A stretch of 64,000 nt of DNA, from NCBI GenBank assembly GCA_964234715.1, contig OZ174275.1; one strand, given 5' to 3'. The notes beneath the pieces were generated by a model. The model ran no database searches. It had not been told where the DNA came from and worked only from the letters and a program-made list of their open reading frames with translations. The DNA comes from Podarcis melisellensis. Taxonomy: Eukaryota. Made by a program: the position numbers and the translations under genes. Every line of letters starts with the position of its first letter. The first letter of the stretch is position 1. This document shows positions 12,293 to 24,577 of this stretch, piece by piece.

Positions 12293-13174
12293 GGTAGAAT
12301 GTGGCACCCATCACTATGAGTTCACAGATTTTGATCCTGGGATTGGGTTTCCTAGAACGCATATTTCTGAATTGTAATAGTTTCCTCTCTTTGATGCCTC
12401 AAGCTCAACTTTCAATGGAAGATATAAGAAATATACAGTCCTTTTTTTCCTACTAGAAAGGGAACATCCCTAAAATAAACACTTCTGGTTTACATTCAGA
12501 AATAACACCATTTTTGAATATTATTCAGAGAACTTCTGAACATCCTCAAAGCAATAAAAAGCTTTAAAATGAGACCGAAAATTGGTAGTCTAGAAAATGG
12601 CATTTTAGAAATGGTAATGTCTATTGCACTCTTCCATTACTGGCAAAAAATGAGCTTGACATTTGGCGATATTGAAATATATTTAAACGTTCTTCTGAAT
12701 CAGGTATGGAGTTAAATAAATGATGTGCTTAACATCATACCCCACCCCCCAAAAAGAGTGCCGCTCCTGCCTCTGTTTTCCACTATGTTATGATTCTGAA
12801 ATTAGGTAATTTATATATAGATAGGTATTCAGTGAAGCAACATGCTAGCTTTGTGGTTATTTCCTAAACACTGAGGTTAAGCAGCATTCTGTATAGCTGC
12901 TCAAAGAATCAACATTTTCCCCACAATCTCCCACCCAATCCCTTTATCAAGCTGTTGTTTCTTCTATTTGTTGCTGATTTGTTGAGTTTTTTATCCTTTC
13001 TTGGTTACATGGCTGATCTAAGCCAAACAAGGTATGGTGTAAAAAGAATGATCTTACAATCCAATGTGTTAATGTCATTAAGGTTGACTGAGACCAAACA
13101 ATAATGAGGGCAATGTTCCTTGGATCAGTCACAAGGAATATCCCAACCATTGTACATCTAAAATACTCAATGTA

Positions 13175-13372
13175 TATGCCATTTTCCTTCCAAGGAGCTC
13201 AAGGTGGCATACATGGTTGTCCATCCTACCCATTTTTTTTCTTCACAACATTGTGAGTTTGGCTAGGTTGACCGACAGTGACTGGCCCAAGGTCACCCAG
13301 TGAACTTCACCACTGAGTGCTGATTGGAGATTTGAACTCTAGTCCCCCAGGTCTTCCCAGTCTGACTCTGCA
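13175..13372 (-). mobile_element. MIR/Ther1-type CORE SINE
   Basis: GTGACTGGCCCAAGGTCACCCAG core, GATTTGAACTC B-box on the minus strand, CCAAGGAGCTCAAGGTGGCATACATGG 3' region. Confidence 0.75.
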
Positions 13373-13486
13373 ATATTGCTTAGGTAACTATTCAAGCAAC
13401 AATAAAAGAAATGAGTTCTGGATTTGAATAAAATTGTGAAACATTAAATTCTGTACTAAGCGCCTCATTAAAATGTCTACATTTAC

Positions 13487-13798
13487 AGTCGAAACAAAAT
13501 AAAAAAAATCCTTCCAGTAGCACCTTAGAGAACAACTAAATTTGTAATTGGTATAGGCTTTTGTGTGCATGCACACTTCTTCAGATACACTGAAACAGAA
13601 GTCACCAGACCCTTATATATAGTGAGAGGGTGGGGAGGGGTGTTACTCAGAAGGGTGGTGGGAATGGGTGATTGGCTGATAAGTGTGGTAAACCTGTTGG
13701 CAACTGTTATCATGTATAATGAGATAAAGCTATTTTTAGCCATCTCACCCCTTGCTTTTTCCTGTAAGACCAATTGCAGTCATTAACAGTCATCAACA
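13487..13798 (-). mobile_element. Penelope-like element terminal (pLTR) fragment with promoter and mutated hammerhead motif
   Basis: Shares CCTTCCAGTAGCACCTTA...GTGTGCATGCACACTTCTTCAGATAC with the 57671 copy and, in part, the 13945 and 23953 copies. Minus-strand CCAAT (13671-13675) and TATATATAA (13613-13621). Internal inversion TGTTGGCAACTGTTA / TAACAGTCATCAACA. Confidence 0.8.
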
Positions 13799-13944
13799 TG
13801 AGTGGAGAGTGAAGAGCTGGACTCTAGTCTGATAATGCAGCAATATGTTACAATGGTGTTTTTGTTTGTTTGATTGATTGTTTGTTTGTTACTATTTATT
13901 ATCAGTGTCGTCATTAGACATAAAGCACTGTCAAAAAATTGACA

Positions 13945-14078
13945 GTTACAGATAGGTAGCCGTGTTGGTCTGCCATAGTCAAAACAAAAAAAATTCCTTC
14001 CAGTAGCACCTTAAAGACCAACAAAGAACTAACTTAGTTGGTCTTTAAGCTGCTACTGGAAGGAATTTTTTTTGTTTT
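13945..14078 (-). mobile_element. Penelope-like mini insertion folded as a hairpin, ribozyme absent
   Basis: 12-bp TSD AAAAAATTGACA (13933-13944, 14079-14090). Inverted arms 13981-14022 and 14037-14078 with one mismatch. Terminus GTTACAGATAGGTAGCCGTG. Confidence 0.88.
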
Positions 14079-14904
14079 AAAAAATTGACACTTTTTCCAG
14101 CATGCATAATAATGCATTGCAAACAAAATAAGCACCATAGTTACATAAATAACCAGTAAAAAGCTAACACTAGATGTTCCAGAAATGCATATTCTTATTA
14201 AAATATAATTGAACTTCCTCATTAGAAAAAACCCCTCTACAAATGTTAATACACTTAAAATATTGCTCAGGTAGCTATTGAAGCAAGAATAATAGAAATG
14301 TGGTTTGCATCTGAAAATAGCTGTGCTTAGCATATGGGAGCATATTTTTAAATGAGGTCAGAGAGATCCGTATCAAATAAAATTGTGAAACATGTAATTA
14401 TATACCAACTCCATCATTAAAATGTCTACATTTACTCAGTTTCTCAGGCAATGGTGTGGCACAAAGTACAATTAGATAGATATAATTGTGTTATGTTCAA
14501 AAGTGTCCCTTTAAGTATAACTGTAGCATGGTTTCCATTGTTATCTTTTCCCCCTTGTTAAACATTTAAATTATGTTTTAAGGCAGCACAGAAACAACCA
14601 ATAGGAAACAGATGGCCAGTCATGATATATTTTCTGTTAACCCAGTCCTACCCACCTGTAAATCCTGCATTAGCCAGTATCATTGGGTTGAATCCAAAGG
14701 GATTTCTACTCACATTTACACACTTGAGTAGATTATGAATTATTTCTGCTGATTCTTCCATTCAGTGGCAGCTTCCTGCAAATATATCCACTTTGCTACT
14801 GATGATCCCTCTACTTTCAGGGTAGAGTCTTCAAGAGGTCAGAGAAAGGGGGGAGAAAACTGATTTGTTGGTTCCAACTCTGCTGAGTAGAGACGAACAG
14901 CAGT

Positions 14905-15268
14905 AGAAATGTATGAATCTGTCAATTTCCATTTCTCATTTTTCCAGACTTGTCACATTTCCCCAGCATTGTTTTGTTTTTGTAAAAAAGGAAATTTGCA
15001 TAAAAATTATTCAGCATTTTCTGTGTGCATTATTTCCCATAATATAATGCATTTGAATAGTCTTTTTCACCAATGTAAGTGTCTTTATTCACACTTTCCC
15101 CAATATGTGTATTTTTGCACACTTTTTTGGGTTGAGAAACTGAGTTGCAAGATTCGCAGACGTGTGAATTTCAAAGGATAGCTAAATTTAACTTTATATT
15201 TTGTTTCGCAAAGTGTGAATTAGATAGGTTTGTATTAAAATGCAAACTGAAATTCTTCCCCGTCCCTA
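14905..15268. mobile_element. Old AT-rich DNA-transposon-like repeat (related copies about 20540-20905 and 10180-10430)
   Basis: Shared blocks GTCAATTTC..TTTCTCATT, GCATTTT, AGAAACTGA..TGCAA, GTGTGAATTT.AAAGGA. Confidence 0.5.
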
Positions 15269-15350
15269 ATTACCATATACTCCAATAGAGGTAAGACATA
15301 GCTTAACTGATAGAAAGGAAAGGGAGAAGGAAACGTGAAATATTGATAGC

Positions 15351-15503
15351 AGCCTGGACAACTCAGTTGGTTAGAGCTTGGTGCTAATGTTGCCAAGCCT
15401 GCAGGTTCAATCCCCATACAGTTGCATACTCTTGCACCCCTAGTCCAAGGGGGCTGGACTAGATGATCCTCAGGCCCCCTTCCAGCTCTACAATTCTATG
15501 ATG
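15351..15503 (+). mobile_element. tRNA-Ile(AAU)-like SINE with CR1 3' tail
   Basis: Head CTCAGTTGGTTAGAGCTTGGTGCTAAT...GGTTCAATCCCC resembles tRNA-Ile-AAT. Tail GGACTAGATGATCCTCAGG..CCTTCCAGCTCTACAATTCTATGAT is a CR1 3' end. Confidence 0.78.
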
Positions 15504-15758
15504 CCTAAGAATTGGTCAAAATTGCATAAGCCCCACCCCATTCCATATTTTAGGTCAACTCACATATAATATAGACTACACCTATTGCAACCATTCTTAG
15601 GCATTTTATTTAATCTATGAGAAGTAAGGTGCCACCAGAACATAAATCAATGTTGATTTTATTTGAAATTAACACAGCCAGATGATGCTGGACCTTTAGT
15701 TAAAATCTGAACCCAAATTGCTTTTGAAATACTTACATTAGTCATTTTTTACCAATGT

Positions 15759-16101
15759 AGCTTCCAACAAAATATTAAAATACAGTAATGCATCAAACAT
15801 TAAAAGCTTCCCTAAACAGGGCTGCCTTCAGATATCTTCTAAAAGTCTGGTAGTTGTTTTTCTCTTTCACATCTGGTGGGAGGGCATTCCACAGGGCGGG
15901 CGCCACTACCGAAAAGGCCCTCTGCCTGGTTCCCTATAACTTGGCTTCTCGCAGTGAAGGAACTGCCAGAAGGCCCTCGGTGCTGGACCTCAGTGTCCAG
16001 GTAGAACAATGGGGGTATATTGGACCTTCAGGTATACTGGACCGAGGCTGTTTAGGGCTTTAAAAATCAGCACCAACACTTTGAATTGTGCTCAGAAACA
16101 C
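15759..16101 (-). mobile_element. L2 LINE 3' region
   Basis: Reverse-complement match to the L2 copy at 20181-20420 (GGCCTTTTCGGTAGTGGCGCCCGCCCTGTGGAATGCCCTCCC; AFSVVAPALWNALP). Confidence 0.85.
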
Positions 16102-17223
16102 AATTGAACTATAATGAATAGAAATACCATTTGAACACTCCTTGTTGGCCTGGTGTTAATTAAGATTGTTTCAAATTTGGTCAAAGTGACCTTTGTTGCT
16201 CCCTTTTCTGGTAAAAGTTGAAACAATGCCTCTTAGTTGCAAATACTGGAACTATTTCGATTTATCATTATTCATTCAGTGTCTTTGCTCATCTAAAACT
16301 ATCAGTTTCCTCTCAATTATGTCCATGAATCTTCCTAACTCATGAATAATCCAAGTATATTTATTTCCAGACAAGGCAAAGCTTTGTTTAAATACAAAGT
16401 TGGCTAATGACGTTTCAAGATTCCCCCCCCCCCAATTTATCTTAGAAGATAATGTTGCTAATATATTCATGGATTACTGCATAGATTTAGGCTAGTTTTA
16501 AATGATCTTCTGTTGAATCAAGATGACTACGAACATTAATGCTAGGAAGAATTCTTGCTCCAACAGGCATCATGGTTACGTATTTCTTATGCATAATTTT
16601 AAGCAACTGGCATTCCATATCATTGGGGGCTCCTGTATTATTCAGTGTCGTGTTTGATTGGCCTCCACATACAAAATGTGAAAAGGTATCCAGTCCTTTG
16701 AAAAGACCTCCCCCACCCCCCCCAAAAGAAGCTAACTTCTAACCCTTGTGCTTGCAAAGACATACATGTGCAATGGTACTCTGACCTCTAAAGAGGGATG
16801 AAAGCATATCCTGCTCTTCCTTCAAGGAGCTCAGAACAACACAGTATCACTGGAGGGCAGGTCAGGTTGAAAGATAGCATCGTGCTCTGGGCCACTTAAA
16901 GAGCTTTATAGGTCAGTCTATGAAGTATTCACATCTAAACCCTGCACTTTATTGACTGTATCACGTTTATTATTTTTGCTGGATTTGATCCAGAGTGGAA
17001 CTCTGCTCAAAAGACACAGGACAGAAAAGGGGATGTGCTTTTTTTCTTATTCCTTTTTCCAACTGCAGCCTCCTGAAAGACTGATCTGGAAGGTTGGGAC
17101 CGTTGGAAAAACACTGGGACCTAATTTGAATAATAGAATGTCTGGCATCTGGTGGGCGGAGCTTTTGTGTTGTGCTCTGGAATCAGCCCCTCCCTTTGGG
17201 TGTTCAGTTAAGTTCAGTTAGAA

Positions 17224-17359
17224 CAGGCATCCCCAAACTCGGCCATCCAGATAATTTGGGACAACAACTCCCATCATCCCTTGCTAACAGGACCAGTGGT
17301 CAGGGATGATGGGAATTGTAGTCCCAAAACAGCTAGAGGGCCGAGTTTGGGGATGCCTG
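17224..17359. mobile_element. hAT-type palindromic MITE
   Basis: 21-bp TIR CAGGCATCCCCAAACTCGGCC / GGCCGAGTTTGGGGATGCCTG. Internal CCCATCATCCC / GGGATGATGGG. TSD not preserved. Confidence 0.85.
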
Positions 17360-18063
17360 AGAGACCAACTGTCATTCTTGCCTCATGAGGTTGCTTTAGT
17401 TTCTCTCAGACAGTATGTTATTGTGTTACAGTTTTCTTTGTTATTATAGCTTTGTTTGACACATACATGAGCCGCTTACATTGCTGAAAGAAAAGAAACT
17501 CTGCTGAAGAATGGTGGAATATCCTAAACTTGGGTGAGTGAGGGGATATTCCCAGTCTGACAGGAGAACTGAATTTTTTTTAAAATCACCTCCATCAACC
17601 ACAACAGGGACATCCTCCAAAAAAGCATGGAGGGAGGATCTGGGAATACTACCTTTCTCCTTCCTCCAGCAGGTGCCTCTATTGCATCCCAATCTCTTCC
17701 TTCTGTGTAAAGCAGCTGGAGGACAAGGAAGAGAAGAGCGAGAATGAAAAAAGAGCTGTGAGCGGAGGGAGGCTTTTCCCATCCTTTGGACACCCTGGGA
17801 AACTCAACAAACCTGCTGCACCTGGAACTGAGTGTGGAGGGTGCAGCTGAATGGGACACAGCTGTGGGCAGCCTGAGGAAATGCCATCCACCTGGGGCCT
17901 GCCCATAAACAGCAAGTCTAGAGGGAGAGACTAGAGTAATGTCTGCTGTTTCCAGGAGCTCCTCTCATGGTAAGATTCTTGTGAATGAGCTGAAAGTTTG
18001 TTGGACCCTGAGTGAACACCCAGAGGCTGTGAGGGAGGTTGTGTCAGAAGGAAAAGGATCTTG

Positions 18064-18540
18064 CTTTTTTAAAAAATTAGGTTTTATAAACATGAAAAAT
18101 ATTATACAAACAAGTATATCAAGCTTTCTCATGTCATTTGTGTATCACAAAAATAGCATAATAAATGTGGGAAAATATCTACAACATATGTTTCATTATT
18201 AGTGGTCAGTGTACAAGTTCTTGGTTCATGAATTGGTTTAAACAATTAGGAAGGGAAAGAGGGGGAAATGGTGTGTGGAGTGGTGTGGTTATGCTTTCAT
18301 TATTCTACTTAGTGTGTGAGAGGGGTTCTGTCGATGTTACTTGTATGGGTTCTCTTACTATTCTCTTGTTGTATTTCCCTGGTGGTGAGAGAGGTTGGGG
18401 GTGGTTTAGAGTGTGGTTGGTTGTCTTTGGTTAGCTGTAGGGCGAACTGTTTTCATGTGTGAGTGTGTATTTTTGAATCAGGTTAGCCAGATTGATTTGT
18501 ATGCTGTCGGCAGTTTCTTGTTGTGGTCATGTTGGGCTGA
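18064..18540 (-). mobile_element. L1/Tx1-like LINE 3' end
   Basis: Minus strand gives an ORF-like end AQHDHNKKLPTAYKSIWLT*, then an AC-rich 3' UTR and an A-rich tail at about 18064. Confidence 0.5.
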
Positions 18541-19362
18541 TTTTTATAATTAGTAACTTCGCACTGATGCAACATTTTTATATGTAACTGTGTATTTTTG
18601 TGATACTTGTTTAAGTTGTCTGTTGTTGCTTCTTGTTTGCACACCGCTTAAAGATACTTTTAATATATTAAGCGGTATAGCAATTAAATAATCAAATGAA
18701 AACCAAGGGCAAGCCTGAACTCAAAGCTTTGTTTTTACTGGTATCAGAGACCACTGCCACAAACATGCGATTAAGTAAACAAAAGCCCTTCCCACTAGGG
18801 TTTAGTAGGTTTGCATGGCTATAGATGTATTCTTTGGCTCAGTAACATGCAGATGAGGGCAATGGATTTCAGTGGAGTGTACACAAGTACAGCAGCATGA
18901 AGGATTGGAGTCTTACTTGGGTTTTTCATGCTATCTGAACTGATTTACATCTCCAGGGTAGTAATAGTCGTGTCCCAGCCAAAATTCTAAAGAACGGCAA
19001 TTACAAGATAAATAGTGCAGTGCCTGCTACCGTTCACCTCGCAGGGTCATTTATAATGAAGCACTGGAATCCTCAAGAGGGATTACCAGGGAGCTGAACC
19101 AGTATTTAATGTCTGGCATCTTGAAAAATATATTGTCCAAAAGACCATGTGATTGCCATTAAAACAATCCCTTTGGACTGTTTGATTTAAGAAGCTGGTG
19201 GCAGGAGGCAAATTCTAAGCAGATGCAACTAGAACGCAAGGTTAACAACAGAGTGCCTAGCCATAAAAAAATCCCTCTTTAACAAAATGTAAGCACACCA
19301 ACAGAGAGACACATCTTTATTGCTACTCCACAACATAACCAACTTTGGAAGCATGTATGCAT

Positions 19363-19363
<1 letters not shown>

Positions 19364-19398
<35 letters not shown>
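19364..19398. repeat. (CA)n microsatellite
   Basis: Direct observation. Confidence 0.98.
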
Positions 19399-19400
<2 letters not shown>

Positions 19401-20180
19401 CAAGGCAAAATCAGCTTACATGTGAAACATGGTGAAAGCAGTAACAACTCCTCCGCGACTAAGGTTACTTCATATGCCAAGTACTGTTGAGTACTTCAAG
19501 TGTCAGCGAAATGGCAAGTTCATTTGTCTTCTTGAATGCGGATCTTAAAATAGAGAAAGATCTTTGCTCTGTAAATGCAAAATGATAATTGAGCTGCAAA
19601 TCTCAATGGCCGATTAAAATACAGAGGAGGAAAGTGGTGGCAGAGGTGCTGGCTAATTAGTCACCCCAAATTTCAGAGAGTTACCAGTTATGACACTACT
19701 AGATCAGCCTACCATGAAATCATATGAGAAAGTGTTTTATTTCTAAGCAAGTGTTTTATTTCTAAGCTTGGTTGCAACAGCTTTGAGGACATATGGAGTC
19801 CACAGTAATTCAACCAGCTGTTGTGATTCTTTGAACATTTTCTAGTTGAGTGTCTCAATCTGGCCATCTTTTCTCAAGCCCAGAAACTCCTGTGTACAGA
19901 CTGAATTCACCTGCATCTATGGTGTCTGCATAAATTTTCATGAAGAAAGTTGATTTTTATGTCCCTTCCTTTTCACAACCCAATTTTCTCCCTCCGTTTT
20001 GAGTTATAGGGAGAGCCAGAGACACACAACCAAAGCAGGCCCATGTGTCTATATAAGTGCAAATAGGTTTCTGGGTTTGGACCCGGCAGTTTAATTGTTT
20101 GAGGCGGATTATCCAGAAATGGAAACAGTGCTCAATATGGATATACCTTCAGGTATACAGGTATATATACCTGTATACCT

Positions 20181-20420
20181 GAGGGCCTTCTCGGTAGTGG
20201 CGCCCACCCTGTGGAACGCCCTCCCATCAGATGTCAAAGAGATAAACAACTACCTGACATTCAGAAGACATCTTAAGGCAGCCCTGCTCAGGGAAGTTTT
20301 TAATATGTAACGCTGTACTGTTTTTAACACTTGATTGGGAGCCGCCCAGAGTGTCTGGGGAAACTCAGTCAGATGGGCGGGGTATAAATAATAAATTATT
20401 ATTATTATTATTATTATTAT
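20181..20420 (+). mobile_element. 5'-truncated L2 LINE with (TAT)n tail
   Basis: RAFSVVAPTLWNALPSDVKEINNYLTFRRHLKAALLREVF ORF2 end. 3' GATGGGCGGGGTATAAATAATAAA(TTA)n. Near-TSD TATGGATATA (20136-20145) / TATGGAGATA (20418-20427). Confidence 0.9.
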
Positions 20421-22659
20421 GGAGATAATATTACTTTGTTCTTTTTTAAACAATTTTTTTTCTCTTTAATTTTTAAGGTTTTCCATGATTTGCTTCTCCT
20501 TAGCATTCATTTTCTCCATTCCTCTGCCATTACTTTTATTTAGGAATGGATAAAATGGTCAATTTCAGTTTCTCATTCCCCCCCCCCATCTTAAATTCAC
20601 TTTGTCATCATCATCATCTTGCCATTTTTTTTAAAAGGGACTCCTAAAAATTGTCTGCATTTTAATGAACATTTCTCCCAATACGCACATTTTTGCAAAC
20701 GGCTCCCCCAAATAGAATGCATTTTTGTATGTCCTTTTCATGATACCATGGGTTTTTATGGGCACTCCCCCTAATACATGCATTCCTGAACACATTTTTT
20801 TTGGCTAGAAAACTGAACTGCAAAAATTGAAAAGTGTGAATTTTAAAGGAGAGCTTTGCTTTGGTTCACATACTATTTTGGAAAGTTTGAAATGAATAGG
20901 TGCACATCAGTGGTGTGCGGTGAATTTTTGTGTAGGGGAACAGTTAAAGGCAGAGGTGCCAGCTTGTGAAGGCAATGGAGGGGGGGGCGACTTCATGCAC
21001 ATGTCTTCCTGAAGCCGTTTGTGTGAACATCGTGCCTCCCTCTCTAAGCTGGACAGAAGTTTCCCAGGCTTTGGGAAGGAGGTGCTGGAGAACATTTAGG
21101 GGACTAGCCTGGTCCCCTTACTTTTACTGGTCCTGGAAATCCCTGTTTTGCTTTGTTTCAAAACTTTGCCAACATATCAGTCCCCTTTCCTTTTACTCTT
21201 TTCTGTTGACCCCACTTTCCTTTTCATGTCCACTATTCTTCTGTTTATATCTCAATTGAATTGCAAGCCAGGAAACTTGTCATTTCATGTGTGTGTGCAG
21301 TGGCTCATATATTTTAGACCCTCTAGTTAAATGGTAAAGAAAAAAAGGGAAGTTGTGAATCATTTATAATGTTTCTGACTAGTATATAGCCACAACAAAG
21401 CAAGGTCAAAGAAGCAAAAGGGAAAGCATATTTTAAAAGGCTTCATCAATTAAACCAGAACATTGCTATTTGTGCTAAAGAAGAAGGAATAAAACTGCAT
21501 AAGGTCATCATAATTACCAGGAAGCCTCCTTTTGTTTCATCAAATTCAAAGGCACAGTTTTGTTCCGGGTCATCTTCTTAATTTTACAGTGGCACAGAAC
21601 TATCTACAATTATTCCAAAATACCTTCCTTGATTAGCTAGTAGTAAGTAATTCAGTAGTCAGTGGGTTGCTCAAGATGTGTTCCTTTTTCGAAGTGGAAG
21701 TTCAGTATAACTTAACTGTTAAAGAAACTCAATGTTCCAAATAATATTGTCATGCATCTGTGGCCGAAGTACATGTGACACTAATTACGTATCTTAAGTT
21801 GTATGTTTGTCCAGATGCAAATCGATCGGGCTACTGAAGCTACAGAGGGTGGAGGAATTTAACCCCTTCATCCTCTATCACGGTCCAGATGAAAATTGCC
21901 CTTCCAAAATGGCTATTTGCATGAGAGGAAAGATTCCATTAGTGCAACACTGGAGGGGGAGGGATTTTTCTGTGTGTCACCTTTTCTCTTCCCACCACCT
22001 CCCCATCACTCCAGAACCTAATTGAGCTCTACTGAACCCGCTATTTGCATTTGAAAAAAGATCCACACAATATAACATTTAGTGTGTGCAGTTTGGCCCC
22101 GACAAATTCAAATGAAGACAGTAAAGGAGAAATATAGAAGCTGCCTTAGTTCTCTGGGAAGGAAGAGAGAAATGCACACATTATGGCACACACAGATGGA
22201 TGGTACTTCCCCGTACCCCTTTGCTTCACACCGAATAGATCCCTATAGTTTCAGATAGCAAATGTATTGTAAAAACAAGCACATGTCAAATTATTTTCAG
22301 CATCTTAGGGGCTGAAGAAGACTAACTTTTTACTAGTTAGGATGGGGTAGCTATAGAGATTTAATTTGAGTAAAAAGAACAAGGTTGATTTAACAAGAAT
22401 GAGGAATTCTATTGAAATACTCTCTGCAACTTCTAGCACCTCCCAGATTTATTTAAACCGTTTGGGCTTTGCAAGGCCATTTTAGTGGAAAGGGATGTGG
22501 GATAGCAACTATCTATCCATATGCTTCTTATTACCCCATGCAAGCTGTAAGTAGAGATGCCATTTTGGAGGGCATTTACTCAAATGCACAACTTCCCTCT
22601 TGCTACATTGAAGCTCTGCAACTTGCGCTTCCTTAAAAAATGCATAGTTGAAATTATTA

Positions 22660-22890
22660 TTGTACTGTACAGTGCTTATATCCCACCTTTCATCAAGAAC
22701 ATGAGGTGGCATACAAGGTTATCCTCCTCACCTTTTTATCCTCACAATAAATCCTTTGAGGTAGATTTAGGCAGAGAGAGAGTGACTAGCTCAAAATCAG
22801 CCAGAGAACCGAAGAAAGAATTGAATCCCTGACACCCAGCTCCTAGTTCAATCCACTAACTAACAGCTACACCTCACTGTCTCTCACACT
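22660..22890 (-). mobile_element. MIR/Ther1-type CORE SINE
   Basis: TTTTATCCTCACAA...GAGGTAG.TTTAGGCAGAGAGAGAGTGACTAGCTCAA core; same family as 13175 and 61420. Confidence 0.7.
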
Positions 22891-23952
22891 GAAGATAATT
22901 AAAGTAAAATATAATTACAGAGGAATAGAGGAGGTGATGATCTTGTAAATACGTTTGAACCAAGCTAATTTATAGGTCAAAATGTGCACTTTGAATTGTA
23001 CCCTGAAGGCTGCAAGATGCCACATAAGCAGGGAAGCATGAAGTTAAGACAAAATGCTCGCTATTGCATTCCATGAAAACAGAATATGAGGGGGGAAAAT
23101 GCTACTGGGAGCCTATCCTGAGCCATCACAACAAAATTGGATAGGAATAATAAGAAATGAATATTCAACCAAAATAATGAATGAAGAAAGCGACTGAATG
23201 GCTGATTTTCAAGTAATGAGCATAGTCAATTTCCTCACATTTTATACAGCACAAAACAAGTTTCCATCAGGAAAGTCACAAGGCATATCCCTTTCCAGAT
23301 GTTTTATTGAATTATTTAAATACATGAGTCTATTAGCACCAATTCATGTCAGCGCTACACTTCAGGTGTGAAACGATCTTAAACGAATATCAGATAAAGG
23401 ATGGACCTGTTGCAGCAATAGATTTACTGTTATGGATTTAAGAGGTCTCCACTGTATTCACATTACTTTATTGCCATTTAGTGCACTCTAATTAAAAATA
23501 AAAAGACTTCTCCTTGCCTTCCCCCCTCTTGTGCATTTCTGGAGTGATTTAGCTTTAAAGCGAAAGAGCAAATGACAGATCACAGGAAAATGTTAAACTA
23601 TAAATCACCTACTTCTCTGGACACACTGACTATTTATGAGGTTGGAGGGTGAATTCTAGTTAACTTTCCAGGCATTTGGATACATTAATTCACCTGCGTC
23701 ACTGTATCCACCATGCACCATACTTCTGTGGATGTTAGTTACTGCCATACTGAAAACCTGACAAACATTTAGCAGGTCCTTGCCGGTTCCAACTGAGCCA
23801 TGTTGCAGCCTGGCAGAATGACTGCAGTGGGACACTGAAACATGCAATGCATAGAGGTATCAGTTCAGGTTGCTAGCAATGACCTCTGGTCATTGTAAGG
23901 GAAGAACAGACAGGAGGACAAATCAAGTTTATCCATATTTTAGAGGTGTTTG

Positions 23953-24084
23953 AGTTACAAATAGGTAGCCATGTTGGTCTGCCATAGTCAAAACAAAAAA
24001 AATTCCTTCCAGTAGCACCTTAAAGACCAACTAAGTTAGTTCTTGGTATGAGCTTTCGTGTGCACGCACACTTCTTCACACTTC
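23953..24084 (-). mobile_element. Penelope-like mini insertion truncated inside the hammerhead motif
   Basis: 14-bp TSD TTTAGAGGTGTTTG (23939-23952, 24085-24098). Same terminus and body as the 13945 and 57671 copies. Stops at CTTCTTCA (24078), followed by a CACTTC filler. Confidence 0.9.
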
Positions 24085-24225
24085 TTTAGAGGTGTTTGGT
24101 TAGAGGTGGGCTCTAGCTTTTTCTAGGGGTGGGGGAACAAAAAGAAGCTGGCTGTAAAGCCAAGGGAGAATGAGAGAAATACTGCCAAGATTTCAGGGAG
24201 GGGTTTGTTTGGCTTACCTTCCATC

Positions 24226-24572
24226 AAGGGCAGAGAACCTCAGGCCTAGGGGCTGAATGTGACCCTTCAGGTCTCCACAGGATTCCCATCACACTTCTTC
24301 CCCAGGCCCACTGCCTGTTCCCAGCCACACCCATAAGCAGCCTTGCTTCACAATCTCCTTGACTGTTTATGCCTGACTAAAATATGTTCTTTAATTCCAA
24401 TAACTGCTTGCCTGGATGAAGAATAGTGAAGGGTGTGTGTGTGTATGTAGAAGCTAGCATAGCGTTGTTCTTCCCACTTTTGTCTCTGGTTCCACACACC
24501 CCTGCCATGGCTCCTGAAAGGTTGCTCAGAAGGTACTGCACCCCTCAGGCTGAAAAAAGTAAACCACCCCTG
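24226..24572 (+). mobile_element. Old hAT-like non-autonomous element
   Basis: Homologous to 11943-12292; ends ...CCACCCCTG. Confidence 0.55.
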
Positions 24573-24577
24573 CTTTA

